A stretch of 64,000 bases of DNA from Eledone cirrhosa (lineage: Eukaryota): positions 40,052,001 to 40,116,000 of the forward strand of contig OZ024754.1 of the NCBI GenBank assembly GCA_964016885.1, written 5' to 3'. The position numbers and the translations under genes were made by a program. This document shows positions 40,729 through 51,700 of the stretch, one piece after another; position 1 is the stretch's first letter, and every line of letters begins with the position of its first letter. The notes below the pieces were generated by a model. It was given only the letters and a program-made list of their open reading frames with translations, was not told the DNA's origin and ran no database searches.

Positions 40729-40970
40729 TAAACAAAAGAAAATAATGCATTGAATAATATCAACATTCGATCGACTTTCGTCAAATCGGACCGAAGAAAC
40801 AATGTTTCCGTTGGTCTTTCCGTTGCTCACTTGCAGAAAAACAGAAACGGGAAGGGGGGGGGATTCCAGCGGTTTGAGGCTCTGGAGTATAAGGATTTGA
40901 CAGAGGTTGATATGTGGCTTGAAGGAGGGGAAGGGAAGAAGATAGGACACGCAGTGATTGATGAGAGACA

Positions 40971-41475
40971 AGAACCGAGGATCAGTGGTTATTCTAGTAA
41001 CGTTTGATACTACTAGAAAGAACTGAGGATCAGCGGTTATTGTAGTAACGTTTGATACTACTAGAAAGAACCGAGGATCAGCGGTTATTGTAGTAACGTT
41101 TGATACTACTAGAAAGAACTGAGGATCAGCGGTTATTGTAGTAACGTTTGATACTATTAGAAAGAACCGAGGATCATCGGTTATTGTAGTAACGTTTGAT
41201 ACTACTAGAAAGAACCGAGGATCAGTGGTTATTGTAGTAACGTTTGATACTACTAGAAAGAACCGAGGATCAGTGGTTATTGTAGTAACGTTTGATACTA
41301 CTAGAAAGAACCGAGGATCAGCGGTTATTCTAGTAACGTTTGATACTACTAGAAAGAACCGAGGATCAGCGGTTATTCTAGTAACGTTTGATACTACTAG
41401 AAAGAACCGAGGATCAGTGGTTATTGTAGTAACGTTTTATACTACTAGAAAGAACCGAGGATCAGCGGTTATTCT
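40971..41475. repeat. 48-bp minisatellite, about 10.5 copies
   Basis: agaaccgaggatcagcggttattgtagtaacgtttgatactactagaa is repeated. Confidence 0.95.
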
Positions 41476-41763
41476 CTATGTGTACCCTTCTCTGAATAGA
41501 TAATTTTATCAATCTTTTAGTTGATACGAGGCCGTAATTCCTGGTGGAGTCGTATGGGCATCACGGTGACAGCTCTGAACACGATTTCTTCCAGAGAAGT
41601 AGCGAACGTGATAGAGAAGGAGAGAGTAAGAGATATACAGGAAGAATCGATCCCAGTACTAGACTAGTATTTTTTTTATTGACCTCGAAAGGATGAAAGA
41701 CAAAATTGATTGGAGCGAAATTTGAGCTACCAATTCGCCGACTACAAGGAAGCACTCACACTT

Positions 41764-42518
41764 TATTGCTTTCATTGTACCATAGCACAACAAATACATG
41801 TTCGGTTTGTCGAATGCCTTTTTAATTAATTCTATCGTCTTGGCTTTCGTGGGTTGAACATTTTACTCTCAGGCACCCAATTAACTTAATCCCGTGGTAA
41901 TCTACGTCAAATTTTTTTTTATAAGCACAAAATGTAGACCCAATCCCCAGGCCGAGGTATTCCGTACTTCTCTGTACTGTTTCAGAAAGGAGAGATAAAC
42001 ATGCCAATCTATGTTTAGAATCCCGACAAACGCCGGGTAATTCTGCTAGTAATATATAAACCCATTGAAATAATTCTGAAACTACATGGCTGCTATATTC
42101 TATCATATAATTCTCTACATACATACTTTAACCTTTGCTACACACACACCACATATCTATCTATCGATCTATCTATCACTTTTGAAGAAGAATCAGGATG
42201 GAGAGAGAGGTGCTGTACCCCAGCAAGTTTTATGAAAGGTGGGTGAAAGTGGCGAGAATGGCCCGAGTGAATGGGCCTTCTCTCTATATCAGCCTGTAGG
42301 TTGAGGAAAAGGAGGAGGAGAGGAAAGGAGTACAAGCTCTTCGTACTCCTGGAGATGAGGGTTGCACATTTTTTCGGGGGTATGTGTTACCCATATAAAC
42401 TGTCTCCCTCTATTGGGGAAAATCGACTAACTTTTTAAATTCCATTTGTGATAACATTTTACACGTTTTTATTGTATGTAAACTTCCCCCTTCTTTTGTG
42501 CCCCTGTGGCTGATAAAG

Positions 42519-42566
<48 letters not shown>

Positions 42567-43010
42567 TAGGTAGTAGGGTGAAATACTGGTGCTGGTACTA
42601 AATCAACCACTCAATGAACAGGCAGGGTGAATATAATAATAAAAAAAAAAGAACGAGAAAGTTTCATTTACATGTGAAAAATATTTATTGTGTATCGAGC
42701 TGTTACACGCGTGTAACAGGTCGATACGCAATAAATATTTTCCATATGTTCGGGATTCTAAACATAGATTGGCATGTTTATCCCTCTTTTCTGAATCAGT
42801 ACAGAGAAGTACGGAATACCTCGGCCTGGGGATCGTGTCTACATTTTGTGCTTATAAAAAAAAATTCGTTGTAGATTACCAGGGGTTTAAGTTAATTGGG
42901 TGCCTGAGAGTAAAATGTTCAACCCACGAAAGCCAAGACGATAGGGTTAATTAAAAAGGCATTCGACAAACCGAACATGTATTTGTTGTGCTATGGTACA
43001 ATGAAAGTAA
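41764..43010. repeat. About 260-bp inverted repeat pair (41764-42025 and 42750-43010)
   Basis: Reverse-complement match; the ORF track shows the same peptide on both strands. Confidence 0.9.
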
Positions 43011-43059
43011 TAGTTACAGAGCAGTAAGCATGTGGGACTGCAGTGGTGGAGAGCATGAA

Positions 43060-43594
43060 GGAATTTAGTTGGATACTTTTAAGGTTACAGGCCCTAACGC
43101 AACCATAATGCTAAACAATGCGGTCCCCGGGCAAAAATTTCAAATCTTTTTAAGTCAGGAAAATTTGTGAAACATAAGTAATGCATATGCAAAGTTAAAA
43201 AAAAAATTCGGTTGGGTACTTCTCTAGTTACAGGCCCTAACGCAACCAAAATGCTTTTTTAAAAAATCGGTTTTTCGCTTAATGCGGTCCCTGGGACAAA
43301 AAATGAGAAAATCATTTTTGCTCAAAACACTTTAAACGACATAAGTAATGCAAATTTTGAAGAAATCGCCTGGATTATTGTTCTGTTATGGACTCAATAA
43401 AGCCTTTAAAGCCTAAAATATGCGGTTTTTCGCCTAATGCGGTCCCCAGGGCATTGAAAATTTGAAATACTTTTTCTCAAAACACTCACACGGCCATAAG
43501 TATTACATGTGTAAAGTTTGAAAAAAAATCGGTTGGGTGGTTCTCGAGTTTTAGGGAGACAGACAGGCAGACATTCTCTGTTTTAGATATATAG
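43060..43594 (-). mobile_element. 5' part of a non-autonomous Helitron-like element with internal subrepeats
   Basis: Begins a|TCtatatatctaaaacagagaatgtctgcctgtctgtc; aatgcggtccc...cataagta modules are repeated. Confidence 0.6.
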
Positions 43595-44005
43595 ATGTGT
43601 GTGGTTTTACCTATATTTCTTTGTTTATGTTTATATTGATAATTGTCTGCTCTTTTATATGACCATCCCAATCTCTCTCTCCTCCCCCTCTCTCTAAATG
43701 CAGAAATAACGTTATTTAATTATTGTGTGGTTAACCAGACTACAAACCACAAAAATGTGACAAACAAACATATATTCAAAAGAAACATTCGTATATATAC
43801 ATACATACATACATACATACATACATACATACATACATACTACGTACGTATACACACACACACACACATATATATAAACAAACATGGACGTACATTGTGT
43901 GTGGATGAATAGATAAGGATGGGCCCCGCCGGGTTTTGATGCCCAAGACAGCGTCCCTTTGACACTATCAAGAGTTGAGAGCCAAAACAAGACAAAGTGT
44001 GTATG

Positions 44006-44488
<483 letters not shown>

Positions 44489-45002
44489 AATTTTAAAAAA
44501 GAAGTTACTAGGTGGACAAAAATATGTACACAAAAAAACCACGTAAACAATGCCTTTACAATGAAAATATTTCCGCTGATTGAAAGGAAAATGGTTGACG
44601 TTTCGGGTTAAACCGTTTGTCGTGACACTAGCACTAGAGAGGTTGTCATGTCTTTGGCAACGAACAGAAGAATCCCTCAAAAGGATGAAAGGCAATGTTA
44701 ACTTCAGCGGGGTTTGAATTCGGTGTACAGAGTCTGAACAAATTACCGCAAGGCATTTTATCCAACCGTACAGTTCGTAGTAATAATAATTGTTTCTACT
44801 TTTGGCACAAGGCCAGCAATTACCCAGTACATTACTGGTACTTTATTTTATCAACCCCGTAAGTATGAAAGGCAAAGTTAACCTCGGCGGGATTTGAACT
44901 CAGATTGTAAAGGGACGTATCTACGCTGGAAAGCATGTCCGACCCTCTGCTGATACTGCCTATTTACCATAATGGTGATGTCGAACACATACATTATCAT
45001 TA

Positions 45003-45350
45003 TCATCATCCGGCGGCCTCAGCCAAAATGGACTCAACAATTGATCTCCCCCTGGGTCTGTCGTTCATTGCTGTTGCCAAGTCCTGGATTTCAATACCAG
45101 AATCTCTGGAGATGACATCGGGATAGGAGAGCTTGCGCCCCCTGTTATTAGTGACTGCTTGTGGTTTCCAAAGCACCAATGGGGACACAGCGTCATAGGT
45201 GGCACGATGGCAGTGGCCAGCAAATCTTACTCTCCTCTTACGTACAACGACATATATGAGTGGGAGGCCGGCATATATCTCTCTCAAAGGCAGATGTCAC
45301 CAGCTTATGTTCTGAATGCGTTGAAGCAGGCGAGTGTAAGTGCCATCAAG

Positions 45351-45404
<54 letters not shown>

Positions 45405-45790
45405 TAGGTGCCATCAAGGTAATAGTAGTAGTAGTAGTGTAGGTGCCATCAAGGTAATAGTAGTAGTAGTAGTGTAGGTGCCATCAAGGTGGTAGTAGTA
45501 GTAGTGTAGGTGCCATGAAGGTGGTAGTAGTGTAGGTGCCATCAAGGTGGTAGTAGTAGTAGTGTAGGTGCCATCAAGGTAGTAGTAGTGTAGGTGCCAT
45601 CAAGGTAGTAGTAGTGTAGGTGCCATCAAGGTAGTAGTAGTGTAGGTGCCATCAAGGTAGTAGTAGTGTAGGTGCCATCAAGGTGGTAGTAGTGTAGGTG
45701 CCATCAAGGTAGTAGTAGTGTAGGTGCCATCAAGGTGCTTTTGTTGTTTGCATGAAAGTGTCCATGTTTCTCTTCCATATAGCAAGATTG
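45003..45790 (-). mobile_element. RTE-like LINE 3' fragment interrupted by an 18-bp + (GTA)n array
   Basis: ILLYGRETWTLSCKQQKHLDGTYT - array - LDGTYTRLL...RRVRFAGHCHRA...VSPLVLWKP. Confidence 0.85.
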
Positions 45791-47191
45791 TTTTTTTTAT
45801 TTAAAAGCATGCCTCAATAATTATTTATTTACAACAGTTTATAACTTTGCCTATTAATCCGTATGGTGAGCAAATGGTGTCCCACGTGCTGGCCTTCCCC
45901 ACAGCCCCTCGGACAGGATGGAGAAGGCGTTTCCCTGGAGTTGTTACTTGGAAGAGTCTGATCTTGGTGTGGTTGGAAACATAACACACTACACTCACCG
46001 AATTCTTACGAGAGATGATGAAAATGTTCTACCATCTTTCTTGTCTGAGGTCTATAGCAGGAATAAGGTTAAGGGACAAACATAAAAAACAAAGTGGGAG
46101 CCGATTTTATGATTACATTCTATTTACAGGATTAAATTATGGATTAGACACCGGATCACTAACGTTTCAAAAGAAATTCGATCGGTAGAGCGTCGGACAA
46201 CATGCTGTACGGCATAGAGTTATGGCTCTTAACGTTCCGAGTTCAAATCCCACCGATGTCTGCTATGCATTTCATCCTTCCAGGGTCGATAAAAAATTAA
46301 AAAATTAAAAAAATAAAAAATTTAAAAAAAGGTACCAATCATGTAACAGGGATCGATTTAATTGACCTCTACCCTCCCGCCAAATAGCTGACCTTGTACT
46401 AGTTTTAGAGAGGATTATTATAGAGGGGGAGGGGTGGGGGTGGGGCGTCATTCATGATGACCGGATCAAATTAATTGGTGAACCCAAACTTGTTTTGAAG
46501 CAGTAGTCAAGTGAAAAGATGTGAAAAGTGAAAAGGTGATGATGTGGAAAGATCGGAGGGGTGAGGGGTAATTAGGCTATTTCATAATATGACAAATTGT
46601 TTACACATATATTAGATCAGGAAGATGAAGAGAGGCGGGGCGGCGGGGGGGGGGGGGGGAGTAGTTATAGTTGTCACAGTTTGAGAGCATATGTTGAGTA
46701 GTTATAGACAATTAATTGGTAGGAACTTATTGTTGTGCTGCTTCACGCCAGTCCTGATTGTGTTGACCCATAGCACGTATGTAGTGAGCTGTAATAGTGC
46801 TAGAAATAGTAGTAAAAAGAAATTATAATTTAGGGTAAGATGCTTGGCTGTTTGGTTAAGACACTTTGCAACCTTAGGGTCTAGGTCTCTCTAGCCTGCC
46901 TGGTAAAAGGACAAGTCAGTCAATCATATTGGTGGCCTCCCCACAGCCCCGGCGGACACAATGGAGAAGGCGTTTCCTCCAGCTGTACAACTTACACGTG
47001 ACCTACACATCTGTTCTAGTAATGCAAAATAGAGGACCAGGACCAGGTCCTATGGGGTGCCACGCCAAGAGCAGTGGAGGGAGTGGGGGGCATTGAATGG
47101 TACTGACCGCCCCCTCCCCTAATTTTCAGTGGTACACTCTTAGATTTAGAAAATAGGGTGTATATATATATATTATATATATATATATATA

Positions 47192-47344
47192 CACGTTATT
47201 CCGGGTTGAATCGGAGGTAACCACAGTAAGTAAGGTACTCAATACATAGCAGAGTATAACAGTTTTAATATAGATGAGATTCATCTATATTAAAACTCAT
47301 CTATATTAATCTCATCTATATTAAATCTCATCTATATTAAAACT
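47192..47344 (-). mobile_element. Family A element truncated at the HHR cleavage site, with 4 short inverted repeats
   Basis: Matches 12091-12180, then (tcatctatattaa) x4; (TA)n flanks. Confidence 0.85.
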
Positions 47345-47369
47345 ATATATATATATATATATATATATA

Positions 47370-47517
47370 CTAATAATAATAAATTTGAAGACTAAAATCC
47401 AAAGAGGGCTCGATAAGGATAAATATATATCAAATATATAAGAACCGTAGAGTTTCAGAAGATCCCGTTAAGGGTGAAAGCAGCGATTCTTTGCTTAAAC
47501 TTTAATCTGTTATTTTA

Positions 47518-47522
<5 letters not shown>
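47370..47522 (+). mobile_element. PLE 3' remnant: GIY-YIG-like C-terminus followed by a degenerate HHR
   Basis: IINLKTKIQRGLDKDKYISNI* (compare LxTxxPxGLN), then agagttt CAGAAGA tccc-gttaa-gggt GAAA gca...tgCTT aaacttt. Confidence 0.6.
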
Positions 47523-47561
<39 letters not shown>

Positions 47562-47587
47562 TCCATAAAGTCTATATACTGTATATA

Positions 47588-47779
47588 TAGGAAAAGAGTC
47601 AGGACCCCGACGGCAGAGCTCAAGCCGACGGCTATTTCTGGACTGAAATAGCCGTCGAAACGGCTTGAGCTCTGCCGTCGGGGTCCTGTCTATTTTCCTA
47701 TTACCCACTCTACTATTCAAAGTATCGAGTACTCTGGTGCGGTATGGTCCAGCTGGTTCCTTACCACACTTCCTTCGTT
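47588..47779 (+). mobile_element. Family B fold-back element
   Basis: Homology to other family B copies; TA flanks. Confidence 0.8.
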
Positions 47780-48429
47780 ATATATATACATATATATATA
47801 CATATATATATATCGGGTCCATTCATGTTGGCATCTCTTGCACACGGTGTCCATAAAGTCTGTTTACAATTTAAAAAATATACTACAAAGGCAATTGATG
47901 GGACGTCTTAAACAAATTTGTTCTATGTACTCAGTAGTTATCAAAGTGTTGGAAGGTTTCGATAGAAAAGACATGAGTTTATTTCATAGAAACAAAAGCG
48001 GTTTACAATACCACGTGTCTGTGAAATGTTCAAACATTATTTTTCACGTTGATTCCACTAACAGCAACTGGAACACTCGTCGTCGGAGCCGACGGAGGTC
48101 CATAACACACACGCACACTTGTGGTGGCTACAGTTGAGGCCAGTGTACTAGTCTTGAGCCCAGAGTCAAGGCGTAACAATTGCACAATCATCAACCTCGA
48201 CAGTGACAGAAGCCTTTAGATGGAATTGAAAGCTGGAGAGTTTAATTGTATTTATATGGTGAGAGAGAGGGTAGGGGTGAGAGGGGGGGGGGGGGGTCAG
48301 CCCATCCAATTTTTGTTTGTTTGTTGTTTTTGCTAGATGATTTAACAATTGATTGTGGAATTTGAGCAAAATGTTGAATTACGTAGAAGTAATTTGTAGT
48401 AAAATGGCGGGAGTTGGAACAATAGCTGC

Positions 48430-48477
<48 letters not shown>

Positions 48478-48520
48478 TAATTCAAAATATTAACAAAATA
48501 GATATTCTTGTGATCAAGTA

Positions 48521-48587
48521 TATTTTATTATACATATTTCAGAGGTACTGAGTTAACTTCAACAGTACGTCCTCATCAGATAAAATA
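48521..48587 (-). ncRNA. Type I hammerhead ribozyme in a (TA)n-flanked insert (48478-48810, family F)
   Basis: tattttat CTGATGA ggac gtactg...cagtac ctct GAAA tatgtATA ataaaata; stem I is a perfect 8 bp. Confidence 0.85.
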
Positions 48588-48836
48588 AGATGATGCATGA
48601 CATACCCTGACATAGTAGATGGTTAAGATTCAGTCATGGTAGTGAGTAAATATATGACAAAACTCAATATTTATACCCTAATATTGAGAACATGAGAAAA
48701 ATATATAATACATACAATAGAGAGGGTGCGTGTAATACAGCTTAAAAAATACATGGCATCAATATAACCTCATTCTTTGATGTATTCATTGAACCTTGCT
48801 TAACTTTTAAATATATATATATATATATATATATAT

Positions 48837-49292
48837 GGAAAGTTATATTTAAATTGTTAGGTTACAACTAGTAAATATTTATAACTGATATAAAAGCACT
48901 CGACAAGTATTTGGAGTATATTTACGATATTAAATAAATGGAAACTATATTTATAAAACCATATTTATTTCATTATATATATTTCAGGGATATCATATTA
49001 ACAATATGCTATGCCTTCCTCAGACAAAATACAATATAGACAGTTTTATAGATAAATAGATTTGACATACCGTACAACATCGACTTGTATTTGAAAAGTT
49101 GAATTGGCCAATTCAACTTTTCAAATACAAGTCGATGTTGTACGGTATGTCAAATCTATTTATCTATAAAACTGTCTATATTGTATTTTGTCTGAAGAAG
49201 GCATAACATATTGTTAATATGATATCCCTGAAATATATATAATGAAATAAATATGGTTTTATAAATATAGTTTCCATTTATTTAATATCGTA
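48837..49292. mobile_element. Family D fold-back element with two HHRs (minus 48966-49031, plus 49184-49249)
   Basis: About 185-bp arms, no spacer (centre 49107/8); cores CTGAGGA and CTGAAGA; (TA)n flanks. Confidence 0.85.
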
Positions 49293-49310
49293 TATATATA
49301 TATATATATA

Positions 49311-49533
49311 GAAAAAGAGATGAAATCGAAAATGCAACTGGAGTCTTATTTTAAAAAAATATATATATATTTATTTGGTTCCTTTACCATAAGGAACCAA
49401 ATAAATATATATATATTTTTTATTTAAATAAGACTCCAGTTGCATTTTCGATTTCATCTCTTTTTCTTTATACTTTCACTCGTGTAGGACACCTCGGTTA
49501 TTTTTCAATTTGTAAAAAAACCCTCACTTTCTA
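49311..49533 (+). mobile_element. Fold-back element, family E, in (TA)n
   Basis: About 75-bp arms around taccat (49385-90) plus a unique tail; no HHR core retained. Confidence 0.7.
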
Positions 49534-49919
49534 ATATATATATATATATATATAATTGTTTCTACTTTTGGCACAAGGCCAGCAATTATCTCAGTGCACT
49601 ACTGGTACTTTATTTTATCGACCCCGTAAGGATGAAAGGCAAAGTTAACCTCGACGGGATTTGAACTCAGACAGTAAAGGGACGTAACTATGCTAGAAAG
49701 CATGGCGTCCAACCCTCTACCGATACTGCCAATTCACCATAGCGACAGGAGAGGAAGATGCGGCAGATGTAGTGAAGGGAGCCAACCACAAGTGGATAAT
49801 ATGACATATGAGACAGAAAGGCGGAGGGGGGGGGGATCAAGAGATTAAGGTCAACTGTTTATTTCTTTGATAGCATTTGTCAAAGCTGGGATTCATTTTT
49901 GCGATTTAAACACAAAAAA

Positions 49920-50546
49920 CACACATACACACACATAAACATATATACTCATATATACACACAAATACACACACATAAACATATATACTCATATATACAC
50001 ACAAATACACACACATAAACATATATACTCATATATACACACAAATACACACACATAAACATATATTCACACAAATACACACACATAAACAAGTATACTC
50101 ATATATACACACAAATACACACACAAACATATATACTCATATATACACACAAATACACACACATAAACATATATACTCATATATACACACAAATACACAC
50201 ACACAAACATATATACTCATATATACACACAAATACACACACATAAACATATATACTCATATATACACACAAATACACACACATAAACATATATACTCAT
50301 ATATACACACACAAACACAAACATATACTCATATATACACACAAATACACACACAGACATATATACTCATATATACACACAAATACACACACACAAACAT
50401 ATATACTCATATATACACACAAACACACACATATACACAAATATATATACACACACACACACATATATAAACACAAACACATGTCATCTGTGTGGGAAAA
50501 CGTAGAAAATGTCAGGAGTACCACCCCCTTCCCGGACAAACCAAAC

Positions 50547-50627
<81 letters not shown>

Positions 50628-51075
50628 ATGAGTATATATGTTTATATGTGTGTGTTTATGAGTATATATGAGTGTGTGTTTGTGTGTATATATGAGTATA
50701 TATGTTTATGTGTGTTTGTGTGTATATATGAGTATATTTGTGTGTTTGTGTGTATATATGAGTATATATGTTTATGTGTGTGTTTGTGTGTATATATGAG
50801 TATGTGTGTGTTTGTGTGTATATATGTTTATATGTGTGCGTTTGTGTGTATATATGAGTATATATGTTTATGTGTGTTTGTGTGTGTATATGTGTATATG
50901 TGTGTGTTTGTGTGTATATATGAGTATATGAGTATATATGTTTATATGTGCGTGTTTGTGTGTATATATGAGTATATGTGTGTGTTTGTGCGTGTTTGTG
51001 TGTATATATGAGTATATGAGTATATATGTTTATATGTGTGTGTTTGTGTGTGTATATATGAGTATACATGTTTAC
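49920..51075. repeat. About 38-bp minisatellite present as two oppositely oriented arrays
   Basis: acacacataaacatatatactcatatatacacacaaat (49920-50470) and its reverse complement (50620-51075). Confidence 0.85.
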
Positions 51076-51489
51076 ACACACACACACACACATACCTAGA
51101 ATTATTTCAGTGAAGAGAAGTCGGATTAGAGACATTGAGAATGTTCTGCTAAAAACAAATAATTATCTATCGGAAAATAAACATTTCTAACAAAGATGTT
51201 TATAACTACAACGTAGATAGGATATAAGAGGGGACATGGTAACAGATGGATTGGGACGAGAGGGGTTACAAAGGGACATATAGATAGCAATAAGGGAGGA
51301 CAAGATAGATAAAAGGGAGAACAGATGAATTGGGAACAGAGGAACCACAAAGGAATTGTTTCTACTTTTGGCACAAGGCCAGCAATTTAGCCCCAGTACA
51401 TTACTGGTACTTTATTTTATCGACCCCCGTAAGGATGAAAGGCAAAGTTAACCTCGGCGGGATTTGAACTCAGACCGAAAAGGGGGGTG

Positions 51490-51700
51490 GAGGTGGCAGG
51501 AGTGCTGCGCTCCGCTGGCAAGACCGTAAAAGTATTCTATTCTCGTGGACGATGGCCAGTGACACCCGCTGCCACAGCCACCCAGCCTCACCGAGTTCCC
51601 TCCTCAGACGGGCCGCCGACGCTCCGATCTTGCGGAGAAGTTCGGTCGGGACTAAAATCGTTTCCACCCAGATTTTGTAGTAATTCACATATCCCATTTA
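51490..51700 (-). mobile_element. CRE-like non-LTR retrotransposon C-terminal relic
   Basis: VET...LLRKIGASAARLRRELGEAGWLWQRVSLAIVHEN resembles the QRxSxAxxRGN end of REL-endonuclease elements; GNAFSI snippets at about 45890-45945 and 46935-46985. Confidence 0.55.

Noticed and set aside
44593-44625. Minus-strand ...cccGAAACGTC resembling a minimal PLE hammerhead
   Set aside because: The 5' core is unrecognisable (acgacaa).
45334-45737. CRISPR-like repeat-spacer appearance (also 55878-56270 and 40971-41475)
   Set aside because: The spacers are simple repeats or identical, there are no cas genes, and the context is eukaryotic.
47840-48140. Possible Tc1/mariner end (also 33745)
   Set aside because: Only a TIR-like start is present, with no second TIR and no clear transposase motif.
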